A stretch of DNA of 64,000 nucleotides from a virus, in IMG/VR virus record IMGVR_UViG_3300040801_006072, positions 180 to 64,179 of that record. One strand, 5' to 3'. Under the pieces are notes generated by a model that ran no database searches, was not told where the DNA came from, and was given only the letters and a program-made list of their open reading frames with translations. Each line of letters starts with the position of its first letter. Positions within the stretch are counted from its first letter, which is position 1. The translations under genes were made by a program, and so were the position numbers. This document shows positions 52,374 through 61,854 of this stretch, in pieces.

Positions 52374-53378
52374 TTACTTGTTTCTGCTACGAATCATGTT
52401 GAGAATGTCTTCTGCCGACTTAGTGCCGCCTTCATTCTCTTCAGATGCTGCTGGTGCAGCAGCTGGCTCTTCTGCTTTGACAGTAGCTTCTTCTTTTGTT
52501 TCGAAAGGAATATCACCGTCGTCGTCTGCTGGTGCAGGTTCTGCTTTAGGAGCAGCCTGTACAGACACTTTAGGTGAAGAATCTTCTTGATACTCGAAAC
52601 CATATGGACGATAGTGCTGTGCCCAACGGCTTGGGTCGTACAGCTCGCCTGCTAGTGATGCTTCGAACATCTCGAAAATAGCTGCCAGTTGCTCTGGGGA
52701 AGGCTTCTTAGGCAAGTATTCAGACAGATCTTTTAGACCGTACTTTTCAATTGCCTCTAGCTGATCCTCAGTTAATGCAGACTCTCTTCTGTTCCACTTA
52801 GAAGCACTGTAATCAGCATAATCACCTTTTTGGTTTCTGGTGATAGTAAAGTCAGTGCCGTTGATGTAGTCAGTCGGAATAGTCTCAAACTCTGGATCAA
52901 GCAAACTGGTTTTGATGATGTTGAAAATCTGCTTGCCGATTACAAATCTACGAATTGGATTTTCTGGCTTCTCATCTTCCTTAAGAGGGTCGTCAATAAC
53001 AAGACCCTGGAAAATGTACGAGCGCTTTTTCCAATACTTGCTTGCAGTTGGCTTTAGACTTTCGTCGTTCCACCATGGCTTGGTCTCAGTTAAGATTGGG
53101 CAAGTTTCGCCCCACATCTCAACGCAAGGTACGTCGATTCTCACAGTCTTGCTTTCGTCGTCGCCCTTGATGCCCGGGAAGTCCAAGCGAATAATCTGCT
53201 TCTCTACCCAGAAGAAAGTGTTATCCTCGTTTGCATCGGGAAGGAATCTTACTCGAGCAGAGCTATCTAGAGGAATGTTCCAAAACGGATAATTGTCGCT
53301 TGGACCTCTAGAAGTGTTGTTTTCGTTGCGTGAATTTTGTGCCTGAAGTTTGGCACGGATCTCTTGAAGGGATGCCAT
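52374..53378 (-). CDS. single-stranded DNA-binding protein (T4 gp32-like)
   Basis: RVRFLPD, FFWVE, ASKYWKKRSY and DYINGTDF; acidic/Ala-Pro C-terminal tail; AGGAG RBS. Confidence 0.9.
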   Translation of the reverse strand: MASLQEIRAKLQAQNSRNENNTSRGPSDNYPFWNIPLDSSARVRFLPDANEDNTFFWVEKQIIRLDFPGIKGDDESKTVRIDVPCVEMWGETCPILTETKPWWNDESLKPTASKYWKKRSYIFQGLVIDDPLKEDEKPENPIRRFVIGKQIFNIIKTSLLDPEFETIPTDYINGTDFTITRNQKGDYADYSASKWNRRESALTEDQLEAIEKYGLKDLSEYLPKKPSPEQLAAIFEMFEASLAGELYDPSRWAQHYRPYGFEYQEDSSPKVSVQAAPKAEPAPADDDGDIPFETKEEATVKAEEPAAAPAASEENEGGTKSAEDILNMIRSRNK

Positions 53379-53393
53379 TTTATTATTCTCCTA

Positions 53394-53432
53394 AATGCTA
53401 TATTACCATTCCTGCGTAGCATTATCAGCAGG
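53394..53432 (-). promoter_or_regulatory. H-type pseudoknot in the 5' leader of the gp32-like gene
   Basis: CCTGC-TGAT-AATGCTA-C-GCAGG-AATGGTAATA-TAGCATT, immediately followed by TAGGAG. Confidence 0.7.
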
Positions 53433-53538
53433 GGCTTTAGTTATTATATTGAACGCTTGTCCTGTTTGAGGCCTACTTGCGGTCGCGTTATTCCGCTTTC
53501 TACCTTGTGTAGTGTGAGCCAGGCAGCGTATGGTGAGT

Positions 53539-53568
53539 ATTATACACTGCCCTGTTTCACTTTGTCAA
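53539..53568 (-). promoter_or_regulatory. sigma70 promoter for the gp32-like gene, giving a ~155-nt leader
   Basis: TTGACA-18 nt-TATAAT. Confidence 0.8.
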
Positions 53569-53577
53569 CTGATATTC

Positions 53578-54858
53578 TTAAATAAAAGTGTACGTATATT
53601 TATCAAAAAACTCTTCCCACTCGACTGATTCGTGAACAGGTGTTTTTGGTTCTTGGGCTGGCTGTGGCTGAGAATTTTCTAAAACACTTGAAATGATATC
53701 TCTTTCAAATGCTGTTAGTTCGGATTCTTTGCATAGCTTTCTGCCAATCTTTCCTACGTATGCTGCAAGGTCTTCATTCTCTACAATACGACCTGCAAGA
53801 TCAATTAAGTGGTTTCCCATCTTTGCTTCTTGGCTGGAAAATTCTACAACACTGTCCATTACGGATACTCGGTCTGTTACATAAACTGTTGCAGATGCTG
53901 CTTCTTCAATTTTACGAAGCTTCTGTTCTTTCTCTGTTACCAAACGATTTACGATCGGAAGAACGTCGTCAAACTTTTCATCAAAGCGCTTAACAGTGAA
54001 CATGTCACGAAGTGAAGAAAGATCAACTTCACTTTCCTGTAGTTCCATATCCTGCTCTTCGATTCGAGAACTAATAGACTCATATGTCTTCATGCCCGAA
54101 AGTCTTTTTAGTTCAGTTTTGATTCCTTCGATGTTTTCTTTGACTGTAGCAACTACGTCAGTAGTATCTTCGTTAATTAAGTTATTAGATTTCACATAAC
54201 GCAAAAATTCATTTAGGCGAAGTAGGTGGCTAACACTTTCGGTAACGTAACTTCCAACAATATCGTGCATTTGGCCGCCTGCTGCCAAGTGGCGAGCCAT
54301 TGCTCTAGCACCACCCAAGTGGTTATGTGGGAAGCGGAATTTTTCTCCGCCCATCTCTAAAAAGATAGACTGGATGTTGCGGCTTCTAGCACCACGTGAC
54401 TCTTCGTCTACCGGTGTCTTGTGCTTAACTAAAATGCGAACATTTTCTAGTGTTTGATGGCTAGTCTTTTTGCTACCATCCATTTTAGAAAGTCCTTCTG
54501 CTACGTTTGTCATCTGGTTATTCCTTTCTATCTTTGCTTTGTACGAAAAATCTTTTGGCTTAATAGACTTGTTGTAGTTTCGCACAGTGTAATTCATTAA
54601 AAATTCATTTGCCAGGCGCTTCATGTTTCGCTGCAACTGTCGATTTTCATCTAACGATTGAGTGTTGCTTTGGCTTAATTGAACTTCGTTGTTTTGTTCG
54701 TCAATAGTAACCATAAGTCCGCTATCTGTTGAAAAGAAGCGTTTTGCAGCAGCAGGGTCTACAGTTTCTGTTCCCTCTGCTGTATACATTTTGACCTGGT
54801 GTCCGAAACCTTTCATAACACCGAAAATCTTTTCAGCTAACTTATCTACTAGTATCAT
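53578..54858 (-). CDS. hypothetical protein (possibly head morphogenesis)
   Basis: 426 aa; RSRNIQSIFLE..GEKFRFPHNHLGGARAMARHL; late-promoter motif upstream. Confidence 0.7.
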   Translation of the reverse strand: MILVDKLAEKIFGVMKGFGHQVKMYTAEGTETVDPAAAKRFFSTDSGLMVTIDEQNNEVQLSQSNTQSLDENRQLQRNMKRLANEFLMNYTVRNYNKSIKPKDFSYKAKIERNNQMTNVAEGLSKMDGSKKTSHQTLENVRILVKHKTPVDEESRGARSRNIQSIFLEMGGEKFRFPHNHLGGARAMARHLAAGGQMHDIVGSYVTESVSHLLRLNEFLRYVKSNNLINEDTTDVVATVKENIEGIKTELKRLSGMKTYESISSRIEEQDMELQESEVDLSSLRDMFTVKRFDEKFDDVLPIVNRLVTEKEQKLRKIEEAASATVYVTDRVSVMDSVVEFSSQEAKMGNHLIDLAGRIVENEDLAAYVGKIGRKLCKESELTAFERDIISSVLENSQPQPAQEPKTPVHESVEWEEFFDKYTYTFI

Positions 54859-54876
54859 AAACTGTATTTATCTAAA

Positions 54877-56451
54877 TTAAATAAATGCAACGGGGAGCGG
54901 GGCATCGCCGTCGTCTACTTCGACTTCACCAGTAACGACACTGGTATTAAGTGCTGCCCAGGACATCTCATCCCAACTTGCAACATATTCTGCCATTCTA
55001 CAGAACAACACAGTGGACATAACTAAGTCGTCTGTGTTTCCATGTTTTGCACCGTATGAATTACCTGACGCAACAAATGTCTTTAGTTCGGAAATTAATG
55101 CTTTAGAATTTATTTTCATCTTCTCGCTTTCAATTAAGCTCTTCATTCTAGAACAGGCTTCCATTTTCGATCTGTTGGTTGTTGCAAAACCTTTTCTCTT
55201 ACCGTTCACTTTATTGTGTGGATCGTGCAGCATTGTGCCGGGGATATTTTCTTCGCCGGTATCTCTAATCACTACCAGTGCTGCTTCGCCTAGTGTATTA
55301 TTTTCTACACTCCAGTAAATTTCAGGCTGACCTTGTTGCTCAATTTCTTTGGCGATTTCCCGAAGAGTCTTAATTTGTCCTTCGATAGGTGTCTTATTGT
55401 GCTGCCATTCAGCGACTTGTTTTAGTGTAGGCAACTCATATACTTGTATAGCAGCATTGTCGCCTCCCGTTCCCATGCTTGGGTCAAGACTGATAACATA
55501 TGCACAAGTAGGTTTGATTGGTTCGTACCAACGAACTTGCCCGGTTTTCCTAATAGGATCAATTCCTTCGAGCTTGGTAAGTTTTGCAGAATTAATAAGT
55601 GTTTCTTCGAACGAGATGAACTCGCATTCGTGCTCACGTAAGAATCTGTCTTCGCCCAGTTCTTCTCTTTGTTCTGCTGCCCACTTTTCGTCACGGTCTG
55701 GATGCTCATCCCATTTAGCAAAATAAGGTTTAAATCCGTTCCTGCCAACTTCCTGCTCGTTGCCATACTCGTCCATTAGCTTGTTGGCGCCGAACCAAAT
55801 GTCTGCAAACTGGTCTTCGTCGGTGTTTGGGGTAGAAGTAATGATTACTTTACCACCGGTTGATACTGTTGGAGATATAGAAGTCCAAAACTCACGAGCA
55901 ATGTTAGGCTCAATGAACGCAAACTCGTCCACGTATACTAGCGAAATACTCATGCCACGGCCTGTTTTAGCAGTGGTTGTTTTTGCTACAATTCTGGAAC
56001 TATTATCAAATTCTACGGACTTCTTATTATAAGTCAATACACCCGATCGAATATGGTCAGGCATATTTTCATAGGCATACTGAATACGTCCCATAATTTC
56101 AAGTGCATCGTCTCCTGACTTAGATGCAATTAGAACAGTTACGTCTTCATTGAACATTGCATACCAGAGCAAATATCCGGCTGCAACTGTGGTTTTACCT
56201 AACTGGCGACCCAGCATGTTGATAGACTTACGATAGTTGTGATAACAATCAACAAGTCCTAACTGGTAATCAAATGGTTTGAAGGGGATGCTGCCTTTCG
56301 TAGGATGCTGTACCATCATGAAATTTTCCATGAAGTACAACGGACCCGATACCGGATCCGTGCATCTTGTTAGCTCCTCAATTTGCTCCGGCGTATATCG
56401 TACTTTCTTATACGCCTTCTTGATGAGCCTGTCGTCACCATAGGCAGACAT
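54877..56451 (-). CDS. terminase large subunit (T4 gp17-like)
   Basis: GRQLGKTT (Walker A), VYVDEFAF (Walker B), TSTPN, ISLDPSMG and DDLVMS. Confidence 0.95.
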   Translation of the reverse strand: MSAYGDDRLIKKAYKKVRYTPEQIEELTRCTDPVSGPLYFMENFMMVQHPTKGSIPFKPFDYQLGLVDCYHNYRKSINMLGRQLGKTTVAAGYLLWYAMFNEDVTVLIASKSGDDALEIMGRIQYAYENMPDHIRSGVLTYNKKSVEFDNSSRIVAKTTTAKTGRGMSISLVYVDEFAFIEPNIAREFWTSISPTVSTGGKVIITSTPNTDEDQFADIWFGANKLMDEYGNEQEVGRNGFKPYFAKWDEHPDRDEKWAAEQREELGEDRFLREHECEFISFEETLINSAKLTKLEGIDPIRKTGQVRWYEPIKPTCAYVISLDPSMGTGGDNAAIQVYELPTLKQVAEWQHNKTPIEGQIKTLREIAKEIEQQGQPEIYWSVENNTLGEAALVVIRDTGEENIPGTMLHDPHNKVNGKRKGFATTNRSKMEACSRMKSLIESEKMKINSKALISELKTFVASGNSYGAKHGNTDDLVMSTVLFCRMAEYVASWDEMSWAALNTSVVTGEVEVDDGDAPLPVAFI

Positions 56452-56882
56452 TACTCAGAAATAAACTTACGGTACTCGTAAACTAGTTCTTTGTGAATTT
56501 CTTTGCTTTCTACAACTTCGTCGCGATATTCAATCTCGCCCGCTTTTTGCATCGGGTTATCGCCTTGATCGGAAGAAGCAGGACCTGCATCGTCAACTAC
56601 GTTAGAAGTGGCGCCAGTTGGAAAATAATCACTGTGGTACTTTGATGTTTTATGCTGACGATCATAACCGTTGTTTAGATCACCAACTACATGTTCGTTC
56701 AAAGACTCTGTCTCGCTTTCCGACACAATCTTTAGCCACTTTTCCATTTCTGTGTCGGTTGACTTAGTGGTCATATCTTCAACGCTGTTCATGCCACCGA
56801 CTACGCTTTCGTCTAACTTTGTGCTTTCCTTAACAGGAGGCAGGCCAGCTAGTGCTCTAATTTCGTTCAAATCCTTGCTCAT
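56451..56882 (-). CDS. hypothetical protein
   Basis: MSKDLNEIRALAGL; GGAGG RBS. Confidence 0.65.
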   Translation of the reverse strand: MSKDLNEIRALAGLPPVKESTKLDESVVGGMNSVEDMTTKSTDTEMEKWLKIVSESETESLNEHVVGDLNNGYDRQHKTSKYHSDYFPTGATSNVVDDAGPASSDQGDNPMQKAGEIEYRDEVVESKEIHKELVYEYRKFISE

Positions 56883-56892
56883 CTGTTCCTCC

Positions 56893-57567
56893 TTAGGATT
56901 TATTAATTAATGACGGCTTCTTTGGTGCTCGACCAAAGATGCTAAGTGAATTTTCATCACGTTGATCGTTAAAGCTGTCGTAATCACTAGGTAGTGATTC
57001 TGCATAGTCATTTTCTTCAGGCAAACTCAAAGGACTTTCGATAATGTCAACAGTTCTCATATCACGAGCAGCCTGTAGCTGCTTTAAGAATTCCGTATTG
57101 TACTTTTCGCCGTACAGTTCCGAAGCTTCTTCGTTTGTGATATCGTTTTCGTAACCTTCTTCACCCAGTACAGGATTATAATTTTCCTTATACTCTTGGC
57201 TTGTGACGTCTAGATGAAATTCTGTCTCTAGTCCGCGAGGATCATTGTCAGAATAAACAACTACGCTCTGTTCTGTAATACCTAATGCACTTGAGATATA
57301 AGTTTCAAGAAAATCTCTGCTAGCAGGGTATACAGTTACAATCTCGGAAATATAAACAGGAGTGTTCCTAACATTAGGAAAATCTAGGGGACTTTCCTGA
57401 ATAGGAGTTCTCTTAAATGCAGTTGCTGATTTAATCTCGTATCTTGCTAATGCAGATTCGAGCTTATCCATCATCTTTTCAGTGACGACATCAACTGCAA
57501 GCTTCAATGTGAAACGATACTCCTTCTGGTTCTCAGAAAAGTATTCCTTAAAAACTTTATCAGTCAT
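56893..57567 (-). CDS. hypothetical protein
   Basis: FKEYFSENQKEYRFTLKLA...TPIQESPLDFP. Confidence 0.7.
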   Translation of the reverse strand: MTDKVFKEYFSENQKEYRFTLKLAVDVVTEKMMDKLESALARYEIKSATAFKRTPIQESPLDFPNVRNTPVYISEIVTVYPASRDFLETYISSALGITEQSVVVYSDNDPRGLETEFHLDVTSQEYKENYNPVLGEEGYENDITNEEASELYGEKYNTEFLKQLQAARDMRTVDIIESPLSLPEENDYAESLPSDYDSFNDQRDENSLSIFGRAPKKPSLINKS

Positions 57568-57594
57568 GATAAACTCCAGTAAATAAGTTTTTTA

Positions 57595-58095
57595 CTATTT
57601 ATCAGAGTTGTCGGAAACTATTGCACCCTTGATGTGCTTGAGTAGGTCTGCTCGGTCAAATTCGGAAGAATTATCGTCGTCATCGTTGTTGCCGGTATCT
57701 TTATCGATCTTCATCTTCTTTAACTGAAGATCAATCATTTTCAGCTTCTTGCTAACCTTTGCATCTTTGGCTTCCATAGCAGTTTTCAACATAGTAGCAG
57801 CAACTTCAAGGACCTTACCTGTGTGCATGTCTGGCATATTTTTACTAAGGTCGTTTAGCTCTTTAAATGACGTTAGTGCTCTTTCTGCAATGTCGTCCAT
57901 TTCGTCGTCATGTTCGATGAGACCAGTAACACTGTTTAATGCTAGATCGATCTTTTCCGAATTGCTTAACGCCTTCATGACCTCAACTGCTTCTGCTATT
58001 GCTTCCTCTTTCGACGGCGCAGAGATTTCTTCTTCGGCTTCTTCAACTTCATCCATTGGAGGCAAGTCTAATAATTCTTCTAAACGTTTAGTCAT
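57595..58095 (-). CDS. putative terminase small subunit-like protein
   Basis: Helical 166 aa (MTKRLEELLDLP...KLKMIDLQLKK) near terL; ends TAG TAA; function inferred from position. Confidence 0.45.
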   Translation of the reverse strand: MTKRLEELLDLPPMDEVEEAEEEISAPSKEEAIAEAVEVMKALSNSEKIDLALNSVTGLIEHDDEMDDIAERALTSFKELNDLSKNMPDMHTGKVLEVAATMLKTAMEAKDAKVSKKLKMIDLQLKKMKIDKDTGNNDDDDNSSEFDRADLLKHIKGAIVSDNSDK

Positions 58096-58717
58096 TGTTC
58101 TTCTCCATCCAGACGCGCTTTCCGTTGACTACTTTCCAAGTTCTTCCTCGATGTTTAGCTCCACATTTTAACTTTTGCTCTGGTGTTCTATTGCGTCTAG
58201 CTTCTTCGGCTTTAAGTCTTGCCTCAGTTCTAGCCTTCTTAACACCGGTGGTTGCCTGACTTATCTTTTCCGATCTCTCCTTTGTATATGTATGCGGTGC
58301 GCAGCAAGAATTTAACATCCACTGTTTCTTTTCTTCGTCGGTCATCTTAGCAAACTTCTTCTTCTGCGTGTCTGAAATCTTACTCTTAAATTCTGCTGTG
58401 CGTGGTCCGTGTGCGCCTCTATATTCACCGAAGCCGTTTGATCGGTTTATCCAGTTCGTATTAACACGAACATTTAGTCTGCGCAATACTTTGGCCTCCC
58501 ACAAGGCAGCTTTGGTTTGGTCATCGAACGTTTGACGAATTTCCACATCAAATGAATCCTTACCGTATTGCTCAATGAGTTCCTTTACGTATTTCGATGT
58601 CGTGAAATAGGTAACCCACAGCTCACTCGGATCTGCATTTTTACTGTATCTAACACCATAGTATCTTTGACTCGTAGGTCTGTGATACAAATAATAGGTG
58701 TAGAATTTCTTGGTCAT
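58088..58717 (-). mobile_element. free-standing GIY-YIG-like (Seg-type) homing endonuclease
   Basis: FYTYYL...RYYGVR...YFTTSKYVKELIEQYGKDSF; NUMOD-like basic C-terminus (RTAEFKSKISDT). Confidence 0.7.
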
Positions 58718-58718
58718 A

Positions 58719-59156
58719 TCATTTACCTTTGTAATTACGAAATATGCTATCTTCGTTAATTACACGAAATACTGCACCACGGTCGTTTGCCCATTTTTGG
58801 GCTGCTTTCCATTTAGCTGCGTTAACTGCTAGTGCCAGTTTATCCTTTTCTTTTTTTGCTTCGCCCACAAAAGTCTGCTTTCGGGGCTTAATTTCCCACA
58901 ATTCTAATCTAGTGTTTCCGTTTCTGTCTTCAAACAACACAGTAAAATCGGGCACATAGACTGTGTATTTACCGGTGAGTGGATTGGTATAGGGTATTTT
59001 AATGGACTCGCTTGCCCACTGAATTATATTTTGATGCTCATCTAGCATACGACAAATCACAAGTTCCCATGAACTTCTGTACGTAATAGGGTAGCCGCCT
59101 ACATATTTGTCAGGATTCTGTGGTTGAAAGCTTCCGCTTAGGAATTTCTTAGCCAT
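58719..59156 (-). CDS. head completion nuclease (T4 gp4 / TnsA-N-like)
   Basis: FQPQNPDKYVG..ITYRSSWE, WASE.IKIPY, YVPDF and EIKP. Confidence 0.9.
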   Translation of the reverse strand: MAKKFLSGSFQPQNPDKYVGGYPITYRSSWELVICRMLDEHQNIIQWASESIKIPYTNPLTGKYTVYVPDFTVLFEDRNGNTRLELWEIKPRKQTFVGEAKKEKDKLALAVNAAKWKAAQKWANDRGAVFRVINEDSIFRNYKGK

Positions 59157-59157
59157 A

Positions 59158-59637
59158 TTATGCCCTTATTGATCTTGATTTTAGGCTCTGGCTATTGTTT
59201 ACGTTTGAAACTAGTTCCTGTTGTTCGCCGACGTTGCGAATAATATTGAGGTTTGGGTATGTGCTAGGAGCTAATGCGGTATTACCGGGAATCGATTCTA
59301 ACAATTCAATCGGAGAAACACCCTGTAATCTAGCTGAGTCAATTATTAGTGTTGCAAGTGTTGCAGCATTCGTGGTAGACGCACCTCTGCTTTGGAAGTA
59401 TCCAAAAACAGCAGTATATGTATTCTCCGGTAATGCTCCTCTTACTAGCTGTGCATCTTGTAATTCGACTGCGGCAGCAGCAGGGAAAAATTCTGTGCCT
59501 TTGCTAGATGCAAAAGTATTCCTAAATGCACCTTGTATATTACGAACACGTTTCCTAGCGCCAGATTGTTGCAGGATCGTATTCGAGAAACGATCTACAC
59601 CTACACTTGCAACATCATCTGAAAAAGGATTAGCCAT
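59158..59637 (-). CDS. hypothetical protein (possibly baseplate/tail)
   Basis: 159-aa ORF in the tail operon. Confidence 0.6.
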   Translation of the reverse strand: MANPFSDDVASVGVDRFSNTILQQSGARKRVRNIQGAFRNTFASSKGTEFFPAAAAVELQDAQLVRGALPENTYTAVFGYFQSRGASTTNAATLATLIIDSARLQGVSPIELLESIPGNTALAPSTYPNLNIIRNVGEQQELVSNVNNSQSLKSRSIRA

Positions 59638-60776
59638 CAGTTATTAATATCTCTTGCAACTCGTCGTATATCAGGATACGAAGTTGGCACACGGTTAATT
59701 ACTGCTGAGAAGTCTCTAATTTCCGGAGCTTCAACAATTGGTTCGTCTACACCAAGTACGTCAATCTGTATTTGGTTGAATAGTGCGCTTGCACTTGCTG
59801 CTCTTCCTAGAACGCCCTGTGCTTCGCGCTTAGTGTTTCTCAATAATTCAAGCGGGGTCTGACTGTTGCCAATTGAACTAAACGGTGTTTGGTCAACGTC
59901 TTCTTCTGCTGGTTGGGAAACACGAGTTGAAAGATCTGTTTGAGCAAACTTAGTAAACTCTTGTAGTTCTAGTGCACCCGATGTGCTGAGATCAAAGAAA
60001 TCTACAGCATCAGAATCAATTTCAGGATTCACAGCATTCTCACTTGTATCCAACAGCAAACCTGTTTTATATTCTAGCCATTCGTATTCGAATGTCATGT
60101 TAACTTCTACAGTTTGACTAGAATCGTAAGCCAGTGTGTCGTGATCAAATGAACTGATGCGAGGATTAAAGAGCGTGGTCTTGTTAACTCGTCTGCCTTG
60201 CACCTGATAAATGTCAATGCTCTTAAATAAGTACTTCTGGTTCTGTACCTGACTGATGTTATAACCGAACTGTTCACTTTCAAATGCAAGTGGATTAGTT
60301 CGTCCAAGCTGCTTTGCTAGTGTAGATGGGTTTCCGTCGTGGAAGTAATACTCATAATAAGCAGACCAAATTCTTAAGGTGAGTCCACCCACGATATCAT
60401 GGAATGTAATTCTAGCTGGTTGCCAGTCTAAGCGCTGCTGATTAATTCTGTGGCGATTGTATTCGTTTATTACATCGGTGCTAATATTGATACCAGGAAG
60501 TGCCACATTTTTAATAAGAGGCATTGCACCGACAACAGCTCTGCTACCATCGTCGCCAAACCTGCTTTTAATGTATTCTTCTAGTTCGCCATTATAATTG
60601 ATTTTCACATAATATTGAAAACCAAGGAACGGAGTACGGTTAACAAACGTTTGATTGTTAACACCGAAAACATTAGCCGCAAGACTAGGAGATCTTACGA
60701 CCTCCTCTTCTTGACCGAGTGAATTGGAGAGTATGTTAGATACTCTCCCTGTGATATCGCCTAATAAGTCAGGCAC
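59637..60776 (-). CDS. tail-tube-fold baseplate/tube initiator protein (gp54/gp48-like)
   Basis: LIKNVALPG...NEYNRHR...WQPARITFHD...FDHDTLAY...FEYE; adjacent to the tube gene. Confidence 0.7.
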   Translation of the reverse strand: MPDLLGDITGRVSNILSNSLGQEEEVVRSPSLAANVFGVNNQTFVNRTPFLGFQYYVKINYNGELEEYIKSRFGDDGSRAVVGAMPLIKNVALPGINISTDVINEYNRHRINQQRLDWQPARITFHDIVGGLTLRIWSAYYEYYFHDGNPSTLAKQLGRTNPLAFESEQFGYNISQVQNQKYLFKSIDIYQVQGRRVNKTTLFNPRISSFDHDTLAYDSSQTVEVNMTFEYEWLEYKTGLLLDTSENAVNPEIDSDAVDFFDLSTSGALELQEFTKFAQTDLSTRVSQPAEEDVDQTPFSSIGNSQTPLELLRNTKREAQGVLGRAASASALFNQIQIDVLGVDEPIVEAPEIRDFSAVINRVPTSYPDIRRVARDINN

Positions 60777-60788
60777 TAAAGCCTCCTA

Positions 60789-61403
60789 TTAACCGAAGGT
60801 TGCTCCGCCTGTTGGGCTCGGTAGATCGATGAACGGATCATCGCCTACTGTGTTACCACCGTTGTTGTTTGGACCAGTTAGGTTAGTAGCCACGTCGTAA
60901 CGCACTGTTAGTTCAACCATGTTTGGTTCAGAAACGGAGTAATCGCCATCTGGATATGAAACGTTTTGCAGGAAGCAACCGTCGCATCTCCATGTTTCTA
61001 ATTCTTCGTTTGTGGTACCGTCTAGGGAATCAATTTCCATTGAAAACTTATAGTTAACACCAGCAACTGCAGAAGTCTGCTCGAAATGGTTCATCTGCTT
61101 CTGTAGCTGTGCACCTACCGCAGAAATAACTGCGTTGTTGATATCATCACGTAGAGTGATTGTTACTGGTTCCCAGGCATGCTTACCTGCGATGTAACCA
61201 ATAGAGTTGTATGCGTGTAGCTCTACTTCAGTGTGAGAAATCTTAGGGCGTGTAACAGTCATGACGTTTTGCGTCATTTCACGAATGGAGTCATTGAGTC
61301 CGAAGTTGAAGAACTTAACCCTAAAACGATACTGCTGCTTTGGATGCAGGATGCCAAGGTTTTCTCCATCTAGCGGTACACCAAATTTGGATAGGTCTGC
61401 CAT
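60789..61403 (-). CDS. tail tube protein (T4 gp19-like)
   Basis: HPKQQYRFRV, RPKISH, YIAGKHAWEPVTITLRDD and LTVRYD. Confidence 0.88.
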   Translation of the reverse strand: MADLSKFGVPLDGENLGILHPKQQYRFRVKFFNFGLNDSIREMTQNVMTVTRPKISHTEVELHAYNSIGYIAGKHAWEPVTITLRDDINNAVISAVGAQLQKQMNHFEQTSAVAGVNYKFSMEIDSLDGTTNEELETWRCDGCFLQNVSYPDGDYSVSEPNMVELTVRYDVATNLTGPNNNGGNTVGDDPFIDLPSPTGGATFG

Positions 61404-61457
61404 GTTATTCTCCTAAGAACAAAAATGCTTGCATGTATTTATCAAATGAAGAAGAAT

Positions 61458-61772
61458 TTATTTCCATGGTCCCCAATGACGATTACGTGCCATTGTTCGT
61501 ATTGCATCTACTCTTTCGTATTTGACAGGATCTTGCACATTCATTAGTTCGTAATACTGTGAAGTTGGCATAGAAATTCCTCGATTTTCACTGTTATCAA
61601 TCACAGTGTCGCCTATTTCATTCCATGCATGTGGGAAAGTTTTTCCTTCAATATTAGTGACAGTCCCGTGCACAAGAACAATGCTCTCATCATCAGCATC
61701 GATCATGTTTCGACCTGCTACCTTAAAGCAGTCACCGCACGCCTGTTCTGTCAAAAGTTCATATAGCTTCAT
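61458..61772 (-). CDS. hypothetical protein (MKLYELL N-terminus) with C..H..H motif
   Basis: GDCFKVA...LVHG...FPHAWNE; flanked by late-promoter motifs. Confidence 0.65.
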   Translation of the reverse strand: MKLYELLTEQACGDCFKVAGRNMIDADDESIVLVHGTVTNIEGKTFPHAWNEIGDTVIDNSENRGISMPTSQYYELMNVQDPVKYERVDAIRTMARNRHWGPWK

Positions 61773-61814
61773 ACGTTATATTTATGCCAATATAGCTTTG
61801 TAAGTTATACCCAC

Positions 61815-61840
61815 AAAAAAAGGGCCCGGAGGCCCTTTAA
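61815..61840 (-). terminator. intrinsic terminator after tail sheath
   Basis: AAAGGGCC-TCCG-GGCCCTTT followed by a T-run. Confidence 0.85.
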
Positions 61841-61854
61841 GTGTTCTGTAAGCT

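Noticed and set aside
8133-56451. Inteins or group I introns in nrdA, nrdB, helicase, recA or terminase
   Set aside because: Protein lengths are typical, the reading frames are continuous, and no intein or intron signatures were seen.
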